Shown here one piece after another: positions 1 to 9,900 of a DNA stretch of 64,000 bases (position 1 is its first letter; the number at the start of each line of letters is the position of its first letter). Position numbers and translations under genes: made by a program. The notes under the pieces were generated by a model. That model searched no databases. It saw only the letters and a list, made by a program, of their open reading frames with translations, and was not told where the DNA came from. Origin of the DNA: a virus (taxonomy: Duplodnaviria > Caudoviricetes); IMG/VR virus record IMGVR_UViG_3300037512_000871, positions 11,996 through 75,995 of that record; one strand, given 5' to 3'.

Positions 1-2
1 TT

Positions 3-1019
3 TACACGAAGACATACTATCAGGTGTTCTCGGCAGTCGTTACAAGCCCCACAACCTCAGTCAAGAATAGCGGCATCCGGGTTGGTAGAAGGGTGAAGAA
101 TAACATTGGTGTCGTTCCAGTCATCCCATACAGCGATTTACTGTTTGACAGGGACTTCAATACACCTGAGATTGCTGACATTCTTACGATTTATGACGCT
201 ATTCTTGCAGGTGAATCGGAACTGCTTACCAATATTCTGAAGCAGACTTATGGGCAGTTGATTCTTCCCATGTCTTCGCACTCTATGGTGAGCAAAGTCA
301 AGGCTCGTCTGTCTGAGGCTGGTATCGACCCAAATTCTCCGGCTACCACAGCAATCATCACTCAGGAAGTCGGCATGGAACTGTCTCGTACAAAGGCTAT
401 TTATGAAGACGCTGACGAAAAACAGGTTGCAAGATATATTCAACCTGCCGGAGCTACCACGGAATCTATTATCAACCATAATGACAGGCTGCTTGCTCTG
501 ACAATGAAGATTACCGGATTCCTTGTTGGTGTTTCTACTACACAGCGTGAATCGGCAGACAGCAAAGCGGTTGATAATGCTTCTCTTGCCGCACAGCTCA
601 TCCGTATTGCAAGCCGTCTTGAGGAAATGGAGTTGAATATCTGGAAGCTGTTTAATATGTTTGATTCTACGATTGCTGTTCCAGAGGTTACATACAGCAA
701 AGATTATGATATTCACGAGTTCAAGGCTGTTATTGCTGGTCTTGTTGAGCTTGCGAACATCAATGGCGGCGACAACTTCAAGCAACAGGTTCTCAGGACT
801 GCCGTTCATGCTATGGATAGTATTCACCGTATTCCTGATGAGACTTACGCACAGATTATGGACGATATTAAATCCGGTAAGACCTCAGAGCTTCCGCCTA
901 CATTCTCCGGCAAAGCTGACTACATTTCTGATACATCCGGGAGTAGACCAGATAACGTTAGAGCGAAGACGGATTATGACGGTTCCAACGAAAAAATAGG
1001 AAAAACGCAAAAATTGTAA
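3..1019 (+). CDS. portal protein, C-terminal part (5'-truncated by window)
   Basis: Frame open from the window start; lies directly before scaffold and capsid; helical SPP1-portal-like C-terminal region (RLEEMELNIWKLF...VTYSKDY). Confidence 0.7.
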   Translation, partial: YTKTYYQVFSAVVTSPTTSVKNSGIRVGRRVKNNIGVVPVIPYSDLLFDRDFNTPEIADILTIYDAILAGESELLTNILKQTYGQLILPMSSHSMVSKVKARLSEAGIDPNSPATTAIITQEVGMELSRTKAIYEDADEKQVARYIQPAGATTESIINHNDRLLALTMKITGFLVGVSTTQRESADSKAVDNASLAAQLIRIASRLEEMELNIWKLFNMFDSTIAVPEVTYSKDYDIHEFKAVIAGLVELANINGGDNFKQQVLRTAVHAMDSIHRIPDETYAQIMDDIKSGKTSELPPTFSGKADYISDTSGSRPDNVRAKTDYDGSNEKIGKTQKL

Positions 1020-1039
1020 TACTTATGTTACATTTTTAT

Positions 1040-1067
1040 TTGCAATCTATACGCTTTCCACTATATT
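1040..1067 (+). promoter_or_regulatory. sigma70-type promoter TTGCAA-N16-TATATT
   Basis: Matches the motif found at seven other intergenic sites; upstream of the scaffold gene. Confidence 0.6.
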
Positions 1068-1124
1068 ATGTAACAGCAGACTAAACTGCGATAACAAATG
1101 ATAACACAATATAAAGGATTCACA

Positions 1125-1757
1125 ATGACTTACGAAGAACTGTCCGCAAAACTCAAAAAAGGAGAACCTCTGACAGAAGAGGAGTTCAAAGAGTTCGGTA
1201 AAGTTACACGACCGACTGAACGCTTCAATGAGGTTTCCGCAGAAAAACAGAAACTCAACGACCAGATTAAGGAGCTGAACACGCAGATTGAAAATCTCAA
1301 TGCTGAAAAGCTCAAGCTCACTCAGCAGAATGATGATGCTTTCAACGCCAAGCTCTCTGAAATCACTGGCGCACTTGAGACACTGAAAGGAGAAAATGAA
1401 AACCTGAAGAATGCGAATCAGAGATATGAGCGTCTTCAGAAGGTCAGCCAGATTGCCAACACAACCTGTAAGACCGTGGCTAATGCTACGTTCAAAGATG
1501 CTGACTACCTTTCCGTTCTCCTTGAAAGAAAAGGGGTTGACCTTACAAAAGAGGAGGATGTCAAAAAGGCTATTCTTGAACTTAAAGATGAAAAGCCTGA
1601 ACAGTTTGTCGTTACAGTCAAGCCCGGAGCTGGTGCAGGTGGTGAACCTAACAACCAGACATCGGGTGAAAAACCTGAGTTCAAAACACAAGAAGAACGA
1701 GTTGATTTCATAGCTAAACACGGCTTTGAAGAATATAAGAAACTTAAAGGAGATTGA
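1125..1757 (+). CDS. capsid scaffolding protein
   Basis: Charged coiled coil, RFNEV motif, Gly-rich linker and short C-terminal helix; immediately before MCP; RBS AAAGGA before ATG 1125. Confidence 0.8.
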   Translation: MTYEELSAKLKKGEPLTEEEFKEFGKVTRPTERFNEVSAEKQKLNDQIKELNTQIENLNAEKLKLTQQNDDAFNAKLSEITGALETLKGENENLKNANQRYERLQKVSQIANTTCKTVANATFKDADYLSVLLERKGVDLTKEEDVKKAILELKDEKPEQFVVTVKPGAGAGGEPNNQTSGEKPEFKTQEERVDFIAKHGFEEYKKLKGD

Positions 1758-1759
1758 TT

Positions 1760-2836
1760 ATGGCTATCACACTTCTTTCCGACCTTCTTCCATATGCGAA
1801 TCAGTTCCGTGAAGGTTACATTGATTCGATGGTTGAGGCTTCTCGCCTTTTCAACGAAGGCTCCAACGGCGCAATCCGCTTTACCGATTCTGATGCTAAA
1901 GGCACCCTGACAAAGACTGCCTACTTCAAGGACTTCGGTACTGTCAGTCGGCGCGACATCACTTCTACTTCCGACCAGACCCCGGAAAAGATTGAACGTG
2001 ATGAACATACCATGTTCCGCACCTACTTCAAGCTGAATGCCATTGAATGGCAAGATGAGGCTTTCTGGACCTCTGACCGTATGCAGCAAGACGCCATCAT
2101 GTATATGATTGGTGGTCAGCTTGCCAAGAAGAAGATGCAGGAATCCATCAAACAGGCTATCAACATCGCCTCTACCGCGATTGTCTCTGGTGACGGTGCT
2201 ACGCATAAGACCGTTCTTGACCTGACCTCCCCAAAGCAGAACTTCCTTCAGCCGCAGGTCAACCTTGCGCGTATGAAGTTTGGTGCTGAGTATGGTCGCC
2301 TCAAGATTATGGTCATGCATTCCAGCGTGTTCTTCGCTCTGGTTCAGAACCAGACCCTCAACTATATGTATGACCTCGGTGGCGGCGTTACGCTCTACGG
2401 TGGCATCCCCGCTACTATGGGTATGCCGTTCATCGTGTCCGACCAGCCGTCCCTTATCTATACGGACGGTGATGATGTCTTCTACAAGACCCTGCTTCTG
2501 ACTGATTCTGCCATCACTCTGGCTGACGCTGGTCCTATTCGCGCCAACCTTCAGACCATCGGCGGCAAGGAAAACATTTCCCATCTGTATCAGGCTGAAT
2601 GGTCTATGTGGAACAACGTCAAGGGCTATCAGCTCAAGGCTGCTGCCAATCCGCAGAGCAACCCGTCTGACAGCACTCTGACCACATCCTCGAATTGGGA
2701 GCAGTGGGTTTCTGACACCAAGAATACCGCTGGTGTTCTTGTTAAGTCCATCGCTGACCCGGCTTCCATCCAGCAGGTCATTAACGTGCGTTACGTTTCT
2801 GATGACGCTGGTTCCGGTTCTGGCTCCGGCTCCTAA
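1760..2836 (+). CDS. major capsid protein (SPP1 gp13-like, HK97 fold)
   Basis: Size, position, strong codon bias, LFNEGSNGAI N-terminal motif; ends in GSGSGSGS. Confidence 0.88.
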   Translation: MAITLLSDLLPYANQFREGYIDSMVEASRLFNEGSNGAIRFTDSDAKGTLTKTAYFKDFGTVSRRDITSTSDQTPEKIERDEHTMFRTYFKLNAIEWQDEAFWTSDRMQQDAIMYMIGGQLAKKKMQESIKQAINIASTAIVSGDGATHKTVLDLTSPKQNFLQPQVNLARMKFGAEYGRLKIMVMHSSVFFALVQNQTLNYMYDLGGGVTLYGGIPATMGMPFIVSDQPSLIYTDGDDVFYKTLLLTDSAITLADAGPIRANLQTIGGKENISHLYQAEWSMWNNVKGYQLKAAANPQSNPSDSTLTTSSNWEQWVSDTKNTAGVLVKSIADPASIQQVINVRYVSDDAGSGSGSGS

Positions 2837-2851
2837 TCGGAACTGATTGTG

Positions 2852-2890
2852 GATGGTGTGGGACCTTGAAATCCCACACCATCTATATTT
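2852..2890 (+). terminator. hairpin / intrinsic terminator after capsid gene
   Basis: 12-bp inverted repeat GATGGTGTGGGA/TCCCACACCATC followed by TATATTT. Confidence 0.65.
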
Positions 2891-2904
2891 CATAAGGAAT
2901 TGAC

Positions 2905-3360
2905 ATGAAGTTTAGTATACCGACTATTCTGTACGACCCGGAAACATTCCCCCAAGCACAAATCTACGCAGAAGTATGGGGTATCTACGCAAAAGATTTA
3001 TCCTCATTGTTAAAATGGAATAGCATTAAGCCAGAGCATTTTGATTACGGTGATATTTACTTCGCTGTACGAAATGACAAATATAAACAAATTGAAGATG
3101 AACATAAGAAGTATTTTCACTGCGAGTACCTTGAAGACTTACCGGATTATAGGGGTTGCGATAGATACAAAAAGTATGCAGAATTAGTGAAGACTGGACT
3201 TCATGTTTTTGAGGACATGAGGAAGATGCTTGCAGACAGGGCTTACCAAAAAGAAGTTGCTGAAAAAGAGAAAAACGGTGAGTATCTGGATGAAAAGCCC
3301 AGTGAAAAGTTGTCTCCGAAAGTCAAAAAATCGTTGAAGAAGAGAGGGTTACATGCTTAA
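2905..3360 (+). CDS. hypothetical protein (head region)
   Basis: ORF with RBS AAGGA; no recognised motif. Confidence 0.6.
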   Translation: MKFSIPTILYDPETFPQAQIYAEVWGIYAKDLSSLLKWNSIKPEHFDYGDIYFAVRNDKYKQIEDEHKKYFHCEYLEDLPDYRGCDRYKKYAELVKTGLHVFEDMRKMLADRAYQKEVAEKEKNGEYLDEKPSEKLSPKVKKSLKKRGLHA

Positions 3361-3898
3361 TACAGTTGAAATGGCAGATTCGTACTTTGCCTCTAATTTC
3401 TTCTACAAGGACACGTGGGCTGGAATTGATGAAGAAGATAAGAAGTCACTCATAGAAACTGCCGAGAGAGACGTCAACGCTTATCTTATGGCTCAGGACG
3501 TTGATATTAATGTGGTCTATAATACCTTTTTAAGCACACACCATACAAACGACCTTACATTCTGGGTGTGCGGCAATCAGGCTATTTATTATACAGACAA
3601 TACGACTTCTTGGGGTACTGAAACAACCACGTTACCAAGATTTAAGCCTACTTGCTACCAATGTGCAGTGTTTGAGTGGGCTATTTTTATTTTCATGCAC
3701 AAGGACGCTATTTTGAAGGCGTTTGATGATATTGGACGTGATGCTACAAGCGTTAAGGTGGACAACATTGGTGCTGAGACTTATTGGACACGTAGAACTG
3801 ACGGTTTGCAGTCTGATAAATATATGCAGATTTTCAAGAAATCCCCAGCTATGCGCTTTTTAGATATGATACCAAAGAACATAAGGATTATACGCTGA
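3353..3898 (+). CDS. head-tail adaptor protein
   Basis: N-terminal TVEMADSYF...W...K.SLI..A pattern typical of adaptors; synteny. Confidence 0.6.
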   Translation: MLNTVEMADSYFASNFFYKDTWAGIDEEDKKSLIETAERDVNAYLMAQDVDINVVYNTFLSTHHTNDLTFWVCGNQAIYYTDNTTSWGTETTTLPRFKPTCYQCAVFEWAIFIFMHKDAILKAFDDIGRDATSVKVDNIGAETYWTRRTDGLQSDKYMQIFKKSPAMRFLDMIPKNIRIIR

Positions 3899-4299
3899 TG
3901 TTTGAAGTTCTGAAAGAGCCTCGGAATCGAATGATAATCCGAGAGTGCGTTTATGATAGAGACGGTGATTTTGTTTGCAGTTTCGATATTGGTGAGTGTT
4001 ACGGAATCTTTACAAAACGAGAAGCCGCTGATATTGAGGCAGATACAGCAAATAGAAACGCGAATGAATCTGTCGGCGTGTTCTATAAATACTTTGGTGT
4101 TCAGGAAAAGGTGATTGATAAAAAGACTTATACCTCTATATTTGATGAGCCTTTTGTTACTACTGGCGAAAGAACCTGCGTTGCAATATGGAGAGGCAAG
4201 GCTTACACAATCACAAAGGTTGGTTACAGTTACGATGTTCACGGAAACTTTGTGGGCTTCAAGCTGTGGAGCAGTAATGAGAATGTGAAGTTCTATTGA
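3898..4299 (+). CDS. putative head closure (stopper) protein
   Basis: Synteny, 133 aa, beta-rich, C-terminal WRGKAYTITKV motif. Confidence 0.5.
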   Translation: MFEVLKEPRNRMIIRECVYDRDGDFVCSFDIGECYGIFTKREAADIEADTANRNANESVGVFYKYFGVQEKVIDKKTYTSIFDEPFVTTGERTCVAIWRGKAYTITKVGYSYDVHGNFVGFKLWSSNENVKFY

Positions 4300-4306
4300 G
4301 GTTTAT

Positions 4307-5179
4307 ATGGCTTACGATTGGTCTGCATCACGCGCACCAGATGCGTTCACTAAGAATTACAGTGCTACACATCCTTTTGTCTCTGAAACGGACTTTGGTG
4401 CGGCTGTATCTGGGTTGAATCATAATTTAGCCAAGAAGACCAACAGCCTTCTTCATTCCATAAAATATAAAGGAATGACAATAAACCTGAATTTTACACA
4501 GAGGGGATTGACACCTACGGACTTAGCTCGGCTTGGTTATGCTTCTCTTATGCGCTACGTTATGGTGCTTGCGAATAGAATGGTTGAGGTAGCGCGTTGC
4601 ATCACACCTGAGTTCAAATATGACGGTTCAAATCCAAACTCCCTTTCTAACAGCATACGGTACATTTTAGGCACTACAAGAAATCAGGCTACATTTACGA
4701 TTGGTGTTGACGCTGATAACTGGAAGTCTGATTATGATGAGGCGTTCAAGGAAGCGTACCACACTAACGTGATTCCGTGGGGTTCGATGGCTGATAAAAA
4801 CCTGCTTCTTTACAGATTACATGAATGGTGGGGCGAATCGTTCCCCAAAGAATCGGAAAACAGCCGGGTTGCCACAAAAATGGGTACACTGCCAGCCATC
4901 GAAAGAGCAAGGGAGAAAACCAGTGCCATGTCAAGCAACGCCTACGGTATGCCTGTTGGTGGCAAGTTTCTGTATAGAGCTGTTCAGGCTGTCTGGACTA
5001 AAGATGCTCACAGGGATAGCCTACAGAAAGTTGTGTTCAGCAGTATGTTCAAGGAAGAGCTTGGCGCTTCGGTTCTCGGTACATTCGGTAATTTCGGTAT
5101 GTTCTCAGGCAAAGATGCGTTCAAGCCGGAGACACTCACAAACGTTATTTCTCACATACACTTGAAGGATTGGCTATGA
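4307..5179 (+). CDS. putative tail completion protein (HK97 gp10-like)
   Basis: Synteny; A...TP...LSNSI and GKFLYRA motifs. Confidence 0.5.
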   Translation: MAYDWSASRAPDAFTKNYSATHPFVSETDFGAAVSGLNHNLAKKTNSLLHSIKYKGMTINLNFTQRGLTPTDLARLGYASLMRYVMVLANRMVEVARCITPEFKYDGSNPNSLSNSIRYILGTTRNQATFTIGVDADNWKSDYDEAFKEAYHTNVIPWGSMADKNLLLYRLHEWWGESFPKESENSRVATKMGTLPAIERAREKTSAMSSNAYGMPVGGKFLYRAVQAVWTKDAHRDSLQKVVFSSMFKEELGASVLGTFGNFGMFSGKDAFKPETLTNVISHIHLKDWL

Positions 5180-5559
5180 GTAACAGACTGAAAGCTATTG
5201 AAGATTTTATGTGCGATAAACTTGATGCACTCTTTAATGATTCTGTCAAACTTCAGAAAGAATTTGATGCTTCTAAAGAGTGCAGAGCTATTCGCATCGG
5301 TGCTGTCACTGACCCACCAGATGACCAGCATACCATGTTCAAAGGCAGAATCGACTATACCGCCTGTCGCACAAAACGAAGCGAAGCGATAGCGGATATG
5401 GACAAAATACAAAAAAATTTCAACATTTATAATACTTATGTTGCAGATGGACTTGTAATTTCAGTGGTTCTGGTATATATTACATCTCCAATGAGAACAA
5501 CTGTGGATTCTCATTACGGATGGACTTATACAGCGACTTTTGAAGTTACTACTACATAA
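5176..5559 (+). CDS. putative tail terminator protein
   Basis: Synteny before tail tube; ATGA overlap with the previous gene. Confidence 0.5.
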   Translation: MSNRLKAIEDFMCDKLDALFNDSVKLQKEFDASKECRAIRIGAVTDPPDDQHTMFKGRIDYTACRTKRSEAIADMDKIQKNFNIYNTYVADGLVISVVLVYITSPMRTTVDSHYGWTYTATFEVTTT

Positions 5560-5572
5560 AGGAGATATCACA

Positions 5573-6070
5573 ATGAGCAGACAGACATTTACCCCGAACC
5601 CAAGCAAGATTAAGATGGGTCCCGCTATCGTTATCTATAATGGCAATCAGCTTGGCTATACCATGAATGATAGCGTTAGCATTAATCTCACTCAGGAAAC
5701 AACCCCGATTCAGCCTGACCAAGCCTCTGTTCCGATTGCTGACCGTGTTACTGGCATGGAATGTACTGTTGACCTGGAACTTGGTGATGCCAGTAAGGAC
5801 ATTATCAAGCTGATTCCGGGCGGTGATTCTACCGGTATTCAGGACCCGACTGGTATTGACATGCTGAAGACTGGCAAAATTCTTGAGATTTATCCTCTTG
5901 ACACAAATGACACTCGCGCCTTTGTGTTCCGCAAGTCTACTCCTGTCCTGAATGGTGCGATTAATTTTGCGCGTGAAACTCCTTCTGCGCTTCCGCTTCA
6001 GTTCAAGTGCTATCTTGAATCTGCTGGTGCGTACATTATGGAGTTTGAGGAATACTCTGGTTCCTACTAA
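5573..6070 (+). CDS. major tail tube protein
   Basis: IKMGPAIVIYNG..LGYT motif, beta-rich, strong RBS AAAGGAG; ends in YSGSY. Confidence 0.8.
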   Translation: MSRQTFTPNPSKIKMGPAIVIYNGNQLGYTMNDSVSINLTQETTPIQPDQASVPIADRVTGMECTVDLELGDASKDIIKLIPGGDSTGIQDPTGIDMLKTGKILEIYPLDTNDTRAFVFRKSTPVLNGAINFARETPSALPLQFKCYLESAGAYIMEFEEYSGSY

Positions 6071-6100
6071 TCTCTAACCAAATAAAGAGGTACATTATAC

Positions 6101-6646
6101 ATGAGTGAAGAAGCTGTCGGTATTGACTTTGAGGCTCTTAACACCTTCCGTGAAAATGTGGAGGCTAAACTGCCAAACGGTAAGCTCGTGAAACTGCCGC
6201 TTATCACCCTGCGTGATGCGGCTACTGCGAACATTTACCTGCGTAAGTTTGACCTCCTCCGTACTAAGTATTCGCTCGAAGCAACCAAACTCATGGAGCT
6301 CGGTGAGGGGGCGAAGGAACAGGGTGAGGTGGAAGACAATGAAGCCAACATCAAACTGCTTTCCAAGGCTACTGACGCGGCTATGGAGGCTATCAATCGT
6401 TCTAAGGAGCTGATTGATACCACCAATGCCCTGATTGACGAGGTTCTTGTTTTCATGGAGCCTTACGTCAGCGATATTCAGGTTGATGAAAATACAGGAT
6501 TCATTGACTTCCTTCGTCAGTCCGAACCAACCTTCACGATTCGCGTCTTGCAGTGTATGATGTACGGTAAAGCCGCTATTGCTGACGAGGCAGAGGATTC
6601 CGAGGCTAAAGAGGAAGACGCAGATGAAAAAAAAATGACGGAGTAG
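6101..6646 (+). CDS. tail assembly chaperone (G)
   Basis: Acidic protein between tube and tape measure, ending in a slippery A9 run. Confidence 0.75.
   Translation: MSEEAVGIDFEALNTFRENVEAKLPNGKLVKLPLITLRDAATANIYLRKFDLLRTKYSLEATKLMELGEGAKEQGEVEDNEANIKLLSKATDAAMEAINRSKELIDTTNALIDEVLVFMEPYVSDIQVDENTGFIDFLRQSEPTFTIRVLQCMMYGKAAIADEAEDSEAKEEDADEKKMTE
6627..6635 (+). other. programmed -1 ribosomal frameshift site (A9)
   Basis: GAA AAA AAA ATG at the end of G; the -1 frame (AAA AAT GAC GGA GTA...) is open through to stop 6969. Confidence 0.75.
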
Positions 6647-6969
6647 TACCCGAGTACCTTGACGTTAAGTACATGTGCATCGTCATAATGAGGGTCTTTT
6701 CCGCCTACACAATGAATCTGCTACTGGAACTGCCTTTCTGTCATGTATTGGCTTTATACCACATGGCAGAAAAGGCAGTATCTTTATTTAGGTTTGACAT
6801 TTTAATTGGCAACGCTTCTCTACATGATGAACAGATGGCAAAAGGGTTACAGAGAGTTGCCAAGACTGCTACAATAGCTGACCGCCAGAAGATGAAGGAA
6901 TTGACATCTAAACGGAATAGAGAGGCAATCATAAAGAGAGCCAGAGAGATGAGGTTAGTACATGCCTAA
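6631..6969 (+). CDS. tail assembly chaperone T segment (GT frameshift product)
   Basis: Open -1 frame relative to G, directly before the tape measure. Confidence 0.7.
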   Translation, partial: KNDGVVPEYLDVKYMCIVIMRVFSAYTMNLLLELPFCHVLALYHMAEKAVSLFRFDILIGNASLHDEQMAKGLQRVAKTATIADRQKMKELTSKRNREAIIKRAREMRLVHA

Positions 6970-9900
6970 TATTCTTGACCTGTCTGCGCGTTTAAGTGCT
7001 GACGTTAGACCTTTTGTAAATTCTATGGCGTCTGGGGCTAATGCGTCCCAGACTACATTTCAAAATATAGCGCAAGCCGCAACAATGTACTTAGGAGCGC
7101 GTGGTCTCTTAGGTACGCTTAATCGTGCAAACCAAGCCTCAATGGAATTTGGTCAGAGCTTGGCTGATGCATCCGCAATCTCCACCCTTAGTGTGAAAGA
7201 GATTGGGGATGCTCTTATGTCTCTGGACAATGTCTTCGGTCGTGTCTCCAAGGCGTCTCAGTCCATGTACCGCATCCTTTCGTCCGGCTTTAGTCAACTG
7301 GATGCAAGTCAGTTGGTGCAGTTCCAGAAAGCAGTTGGTATTTCCGCTAAGGTTATTCGTGCTGACCTGTATAACACAGCAGACGTTATGACCACTATCG
7401 CCAATGCTTACCAACTGAATATCAAGGAAATCGAAAAATTACAGGACTGGTTCTACATTACAGTCCGTGAAGGTAAAGCTCAGGGTCAGGATTTGGCTCG
7501 TACCCTCGGTCTTGTCATTAACAGTGCGTCCGAGGCTGGTGTGTCCCTGAATGAGTTAGGCGCGGCTATTGCTGTGCTCTCTCGTACTCAGTCTGTTTCG
7601 CAGTCCATGATTGGCTTGAACCAGATGCTCAACGCCTTCATCAAACCGACCCTTCAAGCCCAAGCCGCCGCACGTAAATGGGGTATCGAAATTAGTGCTA
7701 CGGCGTTACAGGAAAAAGGTCTTACCAATATCCTGACAGAGCTGAATCAGAAGGTTGGCGGTAATGTTGAAGCACTTGAAAAGATGTTCGGTAACATTCG
7801 TGCCGGACGCGCTATCCTTTCTCTTACTGGTAAGCAGTTCCATAACTACCTGAACGTGGTTGACATGTATAACCACGAGGCTGGTGCTGGCATGGAGGCG
7901 TTTGAGAAGCAGATTGATACTGTTCAGAATGCTTATGAGAGATTACAGGCACAGCAAGAGAAAACACTTATCACTGTTGGTGATGATTGGGGTAACATCA
8001 GGAAAGCGATTTATAATACTGGTGAAGTGCTTTTGAAGGCATTTTCTGATACAAGCCCCATTGCAAGATGGGGTGTGTACCTTACTGGTATCAATCTGGC
8101 TACAAAAAATATTATAGCAGTCATAAATAATTTGAGGGATTCGGTCAACAGCGTAACGCGCTCTGTTGATAGAATGACTGCTTCGTTTACAAGAGCCTCT
8201 GCCGCATCCTCTGGTCTCGGTAGTGGTGCGATTCGTGCTGACATAGCAAAACTCCGTAAAAAAGCGGCACATGCGAATCTTGCTTTGACTGGTGACTTCA
8301 AGCCGCTTCTGGAAAGAAATGACCAGATTCTTCGTGGTGCAACTCCGTGGTTTAATCTGAAAAATCAGCATGGTATCGCACAGAAAAATAACCCATATTC
8401 TGTTATAGCGCAGAATACCCTAAGCCCATATGTCCGTGAGCATCAGGTTATAGCACATAATATTGCCAGAAACTTTATGAAGCAGTATTTTGTGAAGTAC
8501 GAGGACATTACTGACCCGGTTACTGGCAGGGTGGTTGATTGGAAAGTCAAAAACGCTGAAACAGGCTTCAAGTATAAAGCAACGCATAATCAACTTGAAA
8601 AACAGCTTACAAAGAGTGTGTTCATACAGAATGAAAAGAGTATGAATGTACTTAGGCAGTATATAAATTCTGCACGTCAGACAAAGATTTCTGCTGAAAG
8701 TGCTGAGAAGAGGCTGATAAATGAATCCAATATGCGTGTCGGCAATTTTTATGCACAGCCACACGGTTTCAGAAGAGGTACAAGCAACCGTCTTTACAAG
8801 AATCAGAGTTCTCTTGACCGTCTTGCTGATATGAAGCAAGCTCGTTTTGCCAAGAGCCATCGTATAATGAACTGGATGGGTATGAATCCTTATGATAGGG
8901 GTTCTGGTATTGGGCGTTGGTGGATGCAACACTCTATGGGTCGTTCTTTCCAGTATCGTGGTAAAACGCTTGTGCAAGAACCGCATTGGTTCTTCAAGGC
9001 TGGTAACAAGATTGGTTCTGGAATAGGTAAAGAGCTTGGCAAATTTACAGGCTCCATAGGTAAAACTATGGGTGTTGCCTTTAATGCTGTTGCTACTGTT
9101 GGTCTGATGAAGTTTGCTTGGGATTTTGGGAAGAAAATCGGTGAAAGCATAGGTGAATCCCTGAATCTGAAAGACACAGAATTTTTCCAGTGGTTAGGTC
9201 GCGCCGTCACAACAGGCGATTGGATGGGTCTTGGACCATCCACAGCACAGGTCGAAACACGGAATATTCGCTCTAACGCACAAGCAAGAAACAATACGTT
9301 TAACAAGTTGATTGATGATATGCGTAAAGCTAAAATCTCGCCTGATAAGATTTTGACGTATCAGGAACAGATGGCAGAACAGTACATCAAAGCTATGGGT
9401 AAAGACCTCAAATCCGCACAAGAAGCAACTGAGGCTATGAATGCCATTATTGACAATATCGTTCAGGACCTCAAGGATTACAGAGAAACAGTCAATGCGC
9501 ATACTCAGCTTGAAGAGGCGTATCGTGCGCTTCGTCCTGTTGACCGTGAAAAAGAACTTAATACCGCAGAGAAGTCGTACATCAGGAGTTATATGTCCAG
9601 AGAGGGTATGGCTATGAACGGTGTTACACGCGGTCTGTTTGAAGAATTTATGAAGAACCCCCAAGGTTTCACAAAAGCATTTAGTAAGTTCAACGCTTTT
9701 GAGTATAATGAAGCTGGTCTGAAGCAGTATTTTGATGAACTCGGTATTGACGCAAGTAATATCGCCTTGAACAATAGGCTTTTGCTTAACGAGGGAATCA
9801 AGGAAGTTCTTTCGGTGTCCAATCTTATGCGACAAGACAAGGCAGTACAACAGGCGAATCAGCAGGTCCAGCGGAATAAGGTAATTAACGCAAGCGGTCG

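Noticed and set aside
1505-2893. 462-aa antisense ORF over scaffold/capsid
   Set aside because: Shadow of strongly biased capsid codons; no RBS or motifs
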